Source: Lama glama
Taxonomy: Eukaryota
Direction: 5' to 3'
Length of the DNA: 64,000 bases
Assembly (NCBI GenBank): GCA_028534125.1
Contig: CM052816.1
Span: 62,808,001 to 62,872,000 of the forward strand
In this document: in pieces, positions 1-12,289 of the stretch
Layout of the letters: the number at the start of each line of letters is the position of its first letter
Position numbering within the stretch: the first letter of the stretch is position 1
Translations under genes and position numbers: made by a program
The notes under the pieces: model-generated
What the model saw: the letters and a program-made list of their open reading frames with translations, nothing else
The model's database searches: none
Told to the model about the DNA's origin: nothing

Positions 1-469
1 TTGCAAGTCAAAACACTTCAAAAGAAAACTTCAGTCTAATATAGCTTAATTCTTTTGATCCTTCAGAGTTGGAAAAAGATGCAAAATTAGAATTTCAAAA
101 GAAAAATGGAATTCAAACGGTCTATGTGAAATGCTCTTGTTTTTTTCTAGTGATTTGTAAATCTTTGAGATTAAGGTGAACACTTGAAACAAAATTTGAA
201 AAAAAAAACTAAGCATCTGTGATATTGTAAAAAGTTTACTGTAATCATGGAAGATATGTAAATATCTGTCACTGCACAAAATCAAAACATTATTTTGTAA
301 AGAATGAAAGAGAAAAGCACATTGACTGCTAGAAAGTCTTTCCAAAATTAGAAATTTCCTTCCCAATATACTCTCTTGAGAAACAAGGACTGTATTGAAT
401 CCCATGATGTAATAGGGATTTTAAAAAGTAGAAAATGCTAGATTAAATAAAATTTATGGTATCGAGGAA

Positions 470-2790
470 TTTCATTTGTACAATATATTATTGTTAACTG
501 TAGATACTCTGTCATACAGTAGGTCTCCAAGACTTACTCATCCTGTGTAATTGAAACTTTATACCTGCAGAACAGCAGCTCCCTACACCCCCTTACCCTC
601 AGCTCCTGGGCACTGCCATTGTACTCCCTGTTTTACGAGTCTATCTTAGATGCCTCATGTAAGTGTGATCATGTGGTATGTGTTCTTATGTGACAGCATA
701 ATGTCCTCAGGGTTCATCTGTGTTCTTATATATTGCAGAATTTGCTTCTTCTATAAAGCTGAATAGTGTTTCAGTGTGTGTGTATGAGGCAATTCCTCTG
801 TCCCTTCATCTGTCAGTGGATAGATTGCTTCCCTATCTGGGTTATTTTAAGTAATGCTTCAACAGACAGAAAGTCACATATCTCCTTGAGAACCTGATAT
901 CAGTTCTTTTGGATGCATATCCAGAAATGAGATTGCTAGATCATATGTTAATTCTATTTTTAATTTGGGGGGGAACATTCATACTGTTTCCCATAGTAGG
1001 TAAACCATTTTACATTTGCACCACCAGTGTACAAGGGTTCCCTTTTCTCCACATCCTTGCCGACACTTGTTATCTTTTGACTTTTTGACAATAGCCAAAC
1101 TAATAGGTATCAGGTAATGTCTCTCATTGTGGTTTTGATTTGTATTTCCCTGATAGTGATGTTGAGCATCTTTTTGTATGCATGTTGGTTATTTGCATGT
1201 CTTCTTTGGAGAAATTTCTTTGCTCATTTTAAAAATCAGATGATTAGTTTTTTGATACTAAGTTGTATGATTTCCTTGTATTTTGGATATTAACCTCTCA
1301 TTACATATATGGTTTACCAATATCTTCTCCCATTCATGGGTTGCCTTTTCCCTCTTTTTTCCCTTTGCTGTGAAGAAGACATGGAGTTTGATAGAGTCAC
1401 ACTTCTATGTTTTGCTTTTGTTGCTTGTGCTTTTGTTGCCATATCCAAGAAATCATTACCAAGCTCAGTGTCATCAAACTTGTTCCCTATGTTTTCTTAA
1501 AGGCATTTTATGGTTTCAAGGTGTTATGTTTAAGTCTTTAATCAGATTTCAGTTGATTTCTGTGTGTGGTGAAAGATAAGGACCTAATATCATTCTTCTG
1601 CGTGGGGATATCCAGTTTTCCCAGCACTATTTATTAGAGACTATTATTTCCCCATTATGTATTTTTGGTACCCTTGTTGACTTGAATGACGATATGTGCA
1701 TGGGTTTATTTCTGGGCTCTCAATTCTGTTCCATTGGGCTATGTCTGTTCTTATATCAGTATCATACTCTTTTGTTTACTGTGGCTTTGTAATATATTTT
1801 GAAATCAGAAAGTATGATTCCTCTAGCTTTGTTCTTTCCCAAGATTGCCTTGGCTAGTCTGGGTATTTTGTGGTTCCATATGAATTTTAGGATTTTCTTT
1901 TCTTTTTTTTTTGTGCAAAATGTCATTAGAATTTTGATAGAGATTCCATTGAACTGAAAGTTGTAGATCACTTTGGATTTATAGGCATTTTAACAGTATT
2001 ATTTCTTCTAATCCATGAACATGAGATGTCATTCCACTTATCTGTATCTTATATGGTTTTTTCATTAATGTTTTGTAGTTTTCAATATACAAGCTTTCCA
2101 CTTCATTGGTTAAGTTTATTTCTAATGATTTTATAGTTTTTGATGCCATTTTAAATGGAATTGTTTTCTTGGTTTCTTTTTGAATTGTTCATTGTCAGTG
2201 AATAGAAATGCAATTGGTTATTTGCATGTTGAATTATATTCTGCAACTTTACTTAATCTCTTGCTTAATTTTTTGTGGCCTCTTCAATGTTTTCTATGTA
2301 TGGTATCTTCTGCAAAGAAACAATTTTACATCTTCCTTTCTGATTCATATGGTTCTTATTTTGTGTGCCTCATTGCTTTGATTAGACCTCCAGTACTATG
2401 TTGAATAGAAGTGATGAATGTGGGTCTCCTTGTTTTGTTTTTGCTATTAGAGGACAGTTCAGTTTTTCACTGCTGAATATGTTAGCTTTGGGCTTTTATA
2501 CATAACCTTTATTATATTGAGGTAAATTCCTTTTATACCTAGTTTGTTGAGAGATTTTGCCATGAAATGGTGTTGAATTTTGTCAAGTGCTTTTTTTGCA
2601 TCTATTGAGATGATTATGTGATTTTTTACTCTGTATTGAATCACATTAGTTGATTTGAATATGTTGAATAACCCTTGCATCCTGGGGATAAATTCTACTT
2701 GGTCATTGTGTATGATCATTTTATTGTGCTGTTGAATTCAGTTTGCTAGTATTTTGTTTAGGTTTTTTGCATTTGTGTTGATGAAGGATA
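470..2790 (-). mobile_element. Degenerate LINE-1 (L1MA-like): 3' part of ORF2 (RT to C-terminus) plus partial 3'UTR
   Basis: Minus-strand ORFs 2459..2719 ([17 protein letters not shown]...[18 protein letters not shown]) and 1762..1971 ([17 protein letters not shown]...[11 protein letters not shown]) match L1 ORF2 motifs. Many stops and frameshifts. Confidence 0.93.
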
Positions 2791-3464
2791 TGCGGACACT
2801 TTAAAGCCAGAGGTTTCACTTCATTCTCCTTCAAGTGAAACAATATACCATTTATCCATTCAATGAACATATATATTAAATTCCAGGAATATTTCTTACT
2901 TTAAAATGATGATGATGAATCCACATGTTTCACTTCTGCTTAATAACCTTTTTAGTTAAGAATGCAAATAGAAACCATAATTATTTGCCTTTCCTTCTTA
3001 TCCTCTACAAGCTTAAGATAAGATATGAAAACCAGTCATCAAAACTTCTTTTCCCTAACATTTCTGTATAAACATTTAATTTATTTACTGGATACTTTGA
3101 TTTTAAAAATTACAAAATTCTAACACTGAGTAACATTTTATACATTTTATGTATTAGCCATAGTCATTGTACTAAAAACCCAATAACATGATATGCACTT
3201 TGATATATAGTAACTAGCAATAAATCTTTTGAACTTTATTCAATTAAGTGAGGAGTGACACCATCTAGTACCTACAACTAATGCAGTGTGTCCAGCTTTG
3301 AGGGCAAATCTTCAGGAAAAACATATTTCAGAATTTATCTTAACACCACTAATAAGCACACATTTTGCTTTTTTATCTAGCAAAATATGGAGACTTTAAT
3401 TAAAATTATCTCTCCCACCATTTTCATTTTTTATTGCCCTAATCTGTTTTCTTTCTTTCTTAGC

Positions 3465-3466
<2 letters not shown>

Positions 3467-3514
<48 letters not shown>
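3467..3514. repeat. (TTA)n microsatellite, about 16 units
   Basis: Perfect trinucleotide run read directly. Confidence 0.97.
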
Positions 3515-3516
<2 letters not shown>

Positions 3517-4644
3517 CTTTTTAATTATCTCTTTACCTCAGAGTATGACTTCCTACAGGATAGACTTTGAATTTTTACTGCTAAGTACTCTATTGCCTAG
3601 ATATTGCCTCATGTATAGTAAGTGATCAAAAAAGCTTGCTTAAAGAATATGTTCAATAAATGTAATGACATGAAGAATAATTGAGGATATAAGCTTGATC
3701 CTTTTATAACTCTGACAAAGAAATCAAAATTAAGAATATTAAGGATATTTCTTTAGAACTCTATATATTTCTGTAAATATTAAACACACATAAACACACA
3801 CCCTCCAAGATAACATTTTGAAATATCCTTTATATTTCACTAACATCAATGGTTTAGAGTTCAATTGAAAATCAAGCTCATTAAAGCAATAGATTTCACC
3901 AAGCACCACATTATTTAGTTTTTAGGAAGGATCCAGGATAGGCAGCAACATGGCATGGTTTTACCCAACAAAACAATGCTTCTGATTTCTTAGTCACTTG
4001 GGACTCAAGTGGTCAGAAGTGATGAAGCTGAATAGGGACACACCTTCTCAGCCCAGATAAGTCTTTAACTCTAGGATCTCTTTCCTTTTATCCCTAGAAT
4101 GGTACACAAATCTCTAACATGATGTGACCATCTAGCCATATATTTATATCAGAGGTTCGTAACTACCTCGTCCCTTATGGTACAGCTACATCCCATACAC
4201 AATATTTATACTTTACTTAATAAATAATCTTAACCATAAGTTATAGGCATTTTATCCAGTTTACAGACCTTGTTTAAATTTTCATCTATCTTGATTCTGG
4301 TAGTAATATTTTTGTAATCATCCTTGGGCAAATGTTTTAAGGAAGAGTCAACGAAGATTCAAATCTCTAGCATCCCCTGAATTTAGAGAAAAGTCACAGA
4401 ACTGGATGTTAACCTTTTCTTTTCACAATTCTTGTTTTTTCTTTTCAGTTTCATTAGGTAGAATTGTTATAGTTTGACTGCACATATACAATACATTGCA
4501 TGTAAATACATATACATAATATACTGCACATATTTTTAAAATTTACATGTACGTACTGCTCATTGTTTCTAAGAATGTTTAGAGGTTTAGCTTTTTAAAC
4601 TTACATAGTTAGCAAAGGAATAAAGCCAACACAAAATAAGAATT

Positions 4645-5179
4645 AACTCAAAAAGATACATGCACCCCACTATTAACAGCAACATTATTTATAATTGCCA
4701 AGATATGGAAGCATCCTAAGTGCACATCAATAGATGAATGGATGAAGAAGATGCAGCATATATATGTAATGGGATACAACTCACCCATGAAAAAGAAAGA
4801 TATTTTGCCATTTATGACCCTTCATTCACTTTTTTTTCACTTCAGAGACCAGAAATTTATAACTGGCATAAACATTTCCATTGTATCAAAAATAACAAAA
4901 TACATAGAAATAAATTTAACCAAGGAGATTATCTATACTCTGAAAACTGTAAAACATTGATGAAGGAAATTGAAGATGATAAAAAGAAACTAAGATATCT
5001 TGTGCTCTTGGATTGGAAGAATCAACATTATCAAGATGGTCATACTACCCAAAGCAAAGCAATCTATGGATCCAGTGCAACCCCTGTCAAAATATTCACG
5101 ATGATCTTCACAGACCTAGAACAAACAATTCCAAAATTTATATGTAACCATAAAAGACCCTGAACTGCCAAATCAATCT
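4645..5179 (+). mobile_element. Two out-of-order LINE-1 ORF2 fragments (3'-end piece ~4645-4818, mid-ORF2 piece ~4872-5179)
   Basis: 'aaaagatacatgcacccca...gccaagatatggaagc..cctaagtg' is the ORF2 3' end. 'YLYSENCKTLMKEIEDD' and 'PKFICNHKRP' in ORF 4738..5163 come from further upstream in ORF2. Confidence 0.85.
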
Positions 5180-7128
5180 TTCATAGTTTTTTCTTCTTTC
5201 TTCTTCTTTTTTTTTATCTTTTCTTGTGGTTTGATGACTTAGAGGAATTCCTTTAACATTTGTTGTAAAGCTGGTTTGGTGGTGCTGAATTCATTTAGCT
5301 TGTGTTTATCTGTGAAGCTTTTGATTTCTCCATCAAATCTGAATGAGAACCTTGCGCGATGGAGTATACTTGCTTGTAAGTTTTTCCCTTTCATCACTTT
5401 AAATATATCATGCCATTCCCTTCTGGCTTACAGAGTTTCTGCTGAAAAACCAGCTGATAACCTTATGGGAGTTCCCTTGTATGTTATTTTTTGCTAATTT
5501 TAGTATTTTCTCCTTATCCTTAATTTTTGTCAACTTGAATTACTGTGTGCCTTGGTGTGTTCTTCTTTGGGTTGATATTTTGTGGAACTCTATGTGCTTC
5601 TTGGACTTGGGTGACTGATTCCATTCCCATGTTAAGGAATTTTTCAGTTATTATCTCTCCAAAAATTTTCTGAGGTTCTTTCTCTCCTCTTTCTGGGAAC
5701 CCCGTAATGTGAATATTAGTGTGCTTCATGTTATCCCAGAGTTCTCTTAAACTATCCTCATATCTTTTCATTCTTTTCTTTTTTCTGTTCTGCAGTAGTG
5801 ATTTCCACTAATCTGTCTTCTAGTGCATTGATCCATTCTTCTGCGTAATTTAGTCTATTGTTAGTTCCTTGTAGTGTGTTAACTCATTTCAGTGATTTTA
5901 TTCTTCAACTCTGTTTACATATACTTTATATACCAACTCTTTGCTAAAAACTTTGCTCTGTATATCTATACGCCTCTTGAGTTCTCTGAACATCTTCACC
6001 ATCATTACTTTAAACTCCTTCTTAGATAAATTGCCTATCTCCTCATCACTTATTTCTTTTTCTGAGATTTTATCTTGTGCCTTGGCCTGGGAGATAATCC
6101 TCTGCCACCTCATGTTATCTATCTTTCTATTTGTAATTTTAGGTAGGTTAGTTACATTCTTTGACCTTGGAGAGGTGGCCCTCTGTGGGAGATGCCCTAT
6201 GTGTCCCAGCAGTACACTCCTGTCTTGTCACCCAAGGGCCAGGGTCCAGCTGGTCCCAGGGTAGAGTCTGGACTGTGTTTGTGGATTCCTTCCACAGGCT
6301 TTGGGATTACTGTTTTCTTATTTCTAGTATCTGCCCCTGGTGGATGAGGCTGGACTAGAGGCTTATGCTGGTTTCCTGGCAGGAGGAGCCAGTGCCTGCC
6401 CACTGCTGGGTGAAGCTTGATCCTGGACCTCTGATGGGTAGGGCCATGTCCAGAGGCATTTGTGGCTCAGGAGGTCTGCTGATGGGTGGAGCTGTATTCC
6501 CACCCAGTATGTTGTGTGTCCTGAGGCTTCCCTACAGGCTTTGGGGTAGGGTAGGCCTTGGTGCTAATGATCCAATCAAGACATCAGCCCCTGGGAATGC
6601 TCATGTAGATGAACACTCCCAGAATGTCCACCATCAGCTTTTATGTCCCCTGGGTGAGCCGCAGCCATCTCCTATGTCCCCAGGAGACCTTCCAAAACCA
6701 GCAGGCAGGCCTGGCTCAGGTTCCTATGAAATCACTGCCTCTGCCTTTGGACCCGGTGCACGTGAGATTCTGTGTGCACTTCCTAAGAGAATGAACTCTG
6801 TTTCCCCCAGTCCAATGGGGCTCCTGGAGCCAAGCCCTGCTGGCTTTCAAAACTAGACATCCTGGGGTCTTCTCCTCCTCCCAGTGCTGGATCCCTGGGC
6901 TGGGGAACCTGCCATCAGGCCCAGAATTCTCACTCCTATAAGAGGGTCTCTGTGACCAATTATTCCTCAGCCTGTGAGCTGCCCATCCGGGGGTATGGGG
7001 CCCAATTATATTGTGACTATGCCACTCCTACCATCCTGCTGTGGTTCCCTCTTTGTGTTTCCAGTTGAAGAAGATCTTTTTTGCTAGGTTCCAATCTTTT
7101 TTCATTGTTTGTTTAGCAGTCAGTTGTC
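5180..7128 (-). mobile_element. LINE-1 5' portion: GC-rich 5'UTR plus degenerate ORF1
   Basis: ORFs 5520..5771 (LRELWDNMKHTNIHITG...QVQEAHRVP...KNTPRHTVI) and 5898..6113 (NLSKKEFKVMMVKMFREL) are L1 ORF1p. GC-rich 6170-7100 resembles a laurasiatherian L1 5'UTR. Confidence 0.9.
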
Positions 7129-8626
7129 TTTTCATACTTTTAGATATGTGAAAAATTGGAAGAAATTTTCAGATATTGTGCAAATATCTAAATGTTAATG
7201 TTTCTAAGATTGTAAATAGAAAATCATATTTTAAGTTAAACTTTTTAAACCAGGAATGCTATTTAATGTTTAAAAATTTAGTATTCATAATAGTTATAAA
7301 ACATTCTAAAAAATAAGCCTAAAATACAGGTCTAATGACCAATATTTTAATGAGAAAAAAAAGTATGAGAAAATGGAAAGATGTGTGATAACAAAAATTG
7401 ACAAGTCTTTCTAACATACTTTAAACAAATATCAGTAGGAATGAAAAGGAATAATGGAAAATATACAACAAATCAGAGTGCAACATTATTAGAAACAGAA
7501 AGTGACAAAGCATAAGACAATAATGTAAGACACTAGGAGGAATTTTCTGTTCCAGATAACTCAGATGCTGAAAGAAACCAGACTTGATAGCTATTGTGAG
7601 GTTATTAATCACATGGGTGCCTTTTTGCTCAATGATGGCTAAAGGAGAAATTCATATACGGTGATGTGGATATATTTTCTTCCAGATGGACTGAATGTTG
7701 ATGAAAACATTGTTAATAATGAAAGAGAAATTTAAATTGAAGTGATAATGATAAAGAAAAGAGAATCTGTAAAGGGCTTTTTAAAGTGAGTTGAACTAAT
7801 TGCAATAGGAAAGGTTTCTGCAATACTTAGAGAAGAGTAAAATTAAAGGAGTATAACTTCATTTGATCTACAATCTTTCTCTAATATTCTATTTTCACAA
7901 TTCATATTAGGAGTTAGCAAATTTGAAGATGTGTTACATACTTGAATTGGAATTCATTTTTATTACCTACTTTGAAAGTTTGTATTCTTCAGAGAACTTT
8001 TATTACTGCTGTTCATTGATATCATAAGGATAACCTATGGTATTCAAAAAGTCCAGCACTTTTTTGTTTGTTTCTTTAAAAAAAAAATACATGTTCTTTA
8101 TGTGGTCTGTTGTGTGGAAGAGGACAATATTAAAAACAATTAGTCAGAATAACTACTGTCCTTCATGTAAAGACTAGTGTTCCATTCACCTACCCTTTAC
8201 TGTCCTGAGTTTGTCCTGAATTCATCCTGAATTCATGTCTGGAAACATGAACTTTATCATAAGCTCCCAAGAGTTTGTCAGATCTTGATAGAAAACAGAC
8301 AAAATACAAAGAAGGAAAAAACTTACAGGTACCTACAGTTTCCCCACAGTCTAAAATTAAGTTTTGTTTCCCATTAAAGATGTTAACCACATAGGACATA
8401 AAGAAAATAGTTAAGTATAACCTAATAAGCATACTATAGTCTTTCCAACCACATAAATAATCAGCTTTCCAAAATTATTTGGACAAAATTCAATCTGAAA
8501 TAAATGAAATTGCCTAGAAAGTCAGCAGGCATTATTTTTGCTAAAGCAAAGAAGAGGAAATTTTGAGAAATACAGAATTCTACCCCAGCTTGATTTCTTG
8601 TCTTAAAGCTAAAGCTTCTTATTGGA

Positions 8627-10792
8627 TAAATAATAAAGTTAGAAGTACCACACTTCCTGATTTCAAAACACATTACAAGGCTGTAATAATCAAAGCTGTA
8701 TTGGCATGGAAACAGACATAATAGAACCACAGAATAGAATAGAAAGCCCGGAAATAAATCCATGTATATACAGTCAACTAATCTTCAATGAAGTTGCCAA
8801 GAATATACCATGAAGAAAGGATAGTCTTTTTAAAAAATTATGTTGAGAAACCTGGATGTTCACATGCAAAAGGATGGAATGAATCCTTATCTTACAGTAT
8901 ACACAAAAATCAACTGAAAATGGATAAAGGTTTAAACATAATGTTTGAAAACATAAACTCCTAGAAGAAAATACAAAGAGAAAGCTGCTCGACATTGGCC
9001 TTGGCAATTGTTTTTTGGGATATGACACTAAAAGCACAGGCAACAAAAGCAAAAATGAACAAGTAGAACATCAGACTGAAAAGTTCTGCACAGCAGAAGA
9101 AACCATCACAAAATTCAGGGGCAACCTACAGAATGGAAAAAATATTAATAAACAATAAACATAATAAAATGTTGATATCCAAAGTATGTAAGGAATTAAA
9201 GTCAAAAGCAAAAACAAAACAAAACAAAAACAAAAACACAATAACAACAACACTCTGATAACCCAATAAAAAATGGGCCAAGGACCTGAATACACTTTTT
9301 TTCAAGGAAGACATACAAATGCCCAGCAGGTTATGAAAAGGTGCTCAACATCACTAATAATCAGGAAATTGCAAATCCAAACCACAGTGAGATATTACCT
9401 CAAAACTATTAGGTTGCCTATTATCAAAAAGTCAAAGGATAACAGGTGTTGGCAAGAATATGGAATAAAAATAACACTTGTACGCTGTTGGTAGAAATGT
9501 AAATTGGTACAGCCATTGTGGAAAATGGTATAGAGATTCCCCCCAAATTAAATACAAAATTAGCATACCATCCAGTAGTTGCTCTTCTAAATATATATAC
9601 AAAGGAAGTAAAATAACTTCCTTGAAGAGGTAATCTATACTACCATTTCATTGTAGCATCATTCACAATAGAAAAGATATGAAAACAATCTAGTTGTATA
9701 TTAATGGATAAATGGATAAAGAAAAGGTTGCATATATATTGTAGGGGAGGCAAAATTCTACCTCTACAACTCTTAAGGTTTTTAGGATGGGCCTAGGAAT
9801 TAAACTGCCATAGAACAGATTAACAACAGAAAAGCACACAGATTTACTTAATGTAAGTTTTATGTGACATGGAAAGCCTCATAAAGAAATTAAAACCCAA
9901 GAAAGTGGCAAAACCTACATGCTTTCACACTAGCTTGAACAAAGAGGCAATTCTGAGAAAGCAAAGTATGTGAGAAGGCTAAAGGAAGATAAAAATTATT
10001 TCAGTTTTGTACAAAATTCTCTTGGCCACAACATTCTGTCCTTGGTAATAAGAATGTTACTTTCTTTCTGGTATAGGGAGAACATACTTCATATGAGAAT
10101 TTTGTCTCCTGCTTTCAGGAAGATAAAGGGGAGGTTCAGTGTACCTTTCTCATACCTGCTTTTTAAAAAATATGTCTTTAGCCCAAAATTATTTTTATGT
10201 CATTCTCATACCTGCTTTTAAAAAATATGTCTTTAGCCTAAAATTATTTTTGTGTCAATGAGGCATATTCTATGATGGCATATTCTGGTTTCCCTCAGTA
10301 AATAATAGAATATTATTTGGCAACAACAAGGATGAACCTGGAGGATATTACACTAGATGAAATAAATTAGACACAGAAAGATAATTACTGCATTGTCTCA
10401 TTAACATATAAAATCAAAAAAAAGTCAAATTCGTAAAAATAGAGTAGGATGGTAGTTATCAGTGACTGAGGGGGCAAGGGAAATGTAGATATATTGGTTA
10501 AATGGTACAGACTTTCAGATATAACATTAATAAATTCTGATGACTAAGTACAGCATGGTGACTATAGTTAATAGTGTATTGTTTACTGGAAATATGCTAA
10601 AAGTAGATCTTAAGTGTTTTCATACACACACACATATACAAGGAACTGTGAGGTGATGGAGATGTTAATTAGCTTGATTATGGTATTTATTTTGCAATGT
10701 ATACTTATACCAAAACATGTTGAACACATTAAATATACACAATTTTTATTTGTCAGTTATACTTCTATAAAGCTGGAAAAAAGAAAGAAAAA
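8627..10792 (+). mobile_element. LINE-1 (L1MA-like) ORF2 3' end plus 3'UTR, interrupted by a solo LTR at 9740-10297
   Basis: ORF 9273..9494 contains MKRCSTSLIIRKLQIQTTVRYYL...DNRCWQ (ORF2 C-terminal region). The 3'UTR ends '...ttatacttctataaagctggaaaaaagaaagaaaaa'. Confidence 0.92.
9740..10297 (-). mobile_element. Solo LTR, probably ERV1 class, nested in L1
   Basis: TG...CA termini (tgtagggg...tttccctca). L1 sequence resumes colinearly on both sides. Family and strand judged by resemblance only, and no clean TSD. Confidence 0.7.
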
Positions 10793-10814
10793 TGTAAAGC
10801 ACCTATATTGAAAA

Positions 10815-12062
10815 GAAATAATTAAATTATCTTTATTAAAAAATGACATAAATGTTTATGCAGAAAATCCAACTGAATTATAAATAAGCTATTATAACTA
10901 AAAAACCAGTTCATCAAGTTTGAAGGGTACAAGATACATTAGATATAATGTTTTGTAAATATGCAAAGCAAAGAAAATTCATTGGAGAAAGGACAGTTGT
11001 TACGGCAAATGGTTTTGAAACAAATGNNNNNNNNNNNNNNNNNNNNNNNNNNNNNNNNNNNNNNNNNNNNNNNNNNNNNNNNNNNNNNNNNNNNNNNNNN
11101 NNNNNNNNNNNNNNNNNNNNNNNNNNNNNNNNNNNNNNNNNNNNNNNNNNNNNNNNNNNNNNNNNNNNNNNNNNNNNNNNNNNNNNNNNNNNNNNNNNNN
11201 NNNNNNNNNNNNNNNNNNNNNNNNNNNNNNNNNNNNNNNNNNNNNNNNNNNNNNNNNNNNNNNNNNNNNNNNNNNNNNNNNNNNNNNNNNNNNNNNNNNN
11301 NNNNNNNNNNNNNNNNNNNNNNNNNNNNNNNNNNNNNNNNNNNNNNNNNNNNNNNNNNNNNNNNNNNNNNNNNNNNNNNNNNNNNNNNNNNNNNNNNNNN
11401 NNNNNNNNNNNNNNNNNNNNNNNNNNNNNNNNNNNNNNNNNNNNNNNNNNNNNNNNNNNNNNNNNNNNNNNNNNNNNNNNNNNNNNNNNNNNNNNNNNNN
11501 NNNNNNNNNNNNNNNNNNNNNNNNNNTATCTTTATTAAAAAATGACATAAATGTTTATGCAGAAAATCCAACTGAATTATAAATAAGCTATTATAACTAA
11601 AAAACCAGTTCATCAAGTTTGAAGGGTACAAGATACATTAGATATAATGTTTTGTAAATATGCAAAGCAAAGAAAATTCATTGGAGAAAGGACAGTTGTT
11701 ACGGCAAATGGTTTTGAAACAAATGAATATTGGCAGGCAAAAAAAGAAAACAAAAAAAACTTTGTTCCATATCTCACATAGGAACACAAGTTAACTCAAA
11801 ATTAATCATGAACTTAAATTCGAAACCTAAAACTGTAAAACTTCCAGAATAAAACATAGAAGAAAACCTTCGTAATCTGAGTTAGGAAAAAGATTTTTTT
11901 ATATATAATGCCAAAAGCACAATCCATAAAAGAAAAATAAATGCTGAATTGGACTTCATTAGATTCTAGGACATCTGCTTTTCAAGAAAACCAAACCCAA
12001 ACAAACAAAACACTGTCAAAAAATGAAAAAGAAAACTGCAATATTGCAGAAAATATTTGCTT
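10815..12062 (+). mobile_element. Old LINE-1 ORF2 fragments, spanning an assembly gap and duplicated contig ends
   Basis: 'ttatctttatt...atgacataaatgtttatgcagaaaatcc' is a degenerate LFADDMIVYLENP region. 'aaaactgtaaaacttccagaataaaacatagaagaaaacctt' is ORF2 3' region. Confidence 0.75.
11027..11526. other. Assembly gap, 500 N
   Basis: Run of N. Confidence 1.
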
Positions 12063-12094
12063 TTAGGGATATTTTAGGGATAGTTCCTTTTATA

Positions 12095-12183
12095 CGTGTG
12101 TGTACGAAAACACTTAAGATCTACTCTTTTAGCATATTTCCAGTAAACAATACACTGTTAACTACAGTCACCATGCTGTACTT
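12095..12183 (-). mobile_element. Short L1MA-type 3'UTR fragment
   Basis: 'aacacttaagatctactctt...gttaactacagtcaccatgctgtac' is the reverse complement of the 3'UTR motif seen at ~10545-10620. Confidence 0.7.
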
Positions 12184-12289
12184 AGTCATCAATGTTATCT
12201 TCCTATACTTCTGATTTTTTCATGTTTTTATTGTATTGTCTTTAATTTTTCTATTTTGCTTCTCTAAACATATATATATTTAAATCCTT

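Noticed and set aside
6365..6856. 163-aa Pro/Gly-rich ORF antisense to an L1 5'UTR (ORF0-like idea)
   Set aside because: GC-rich L1 5'UTR has few stop codons, and there is no recognisable homology. ORF0 is described for primate L1, and nothing here supports an equivalent.
10939..11631. Long ORFs of 182-230 aa in several frames
   Set aside because: They are artefacts of translating through the 500-N gap.
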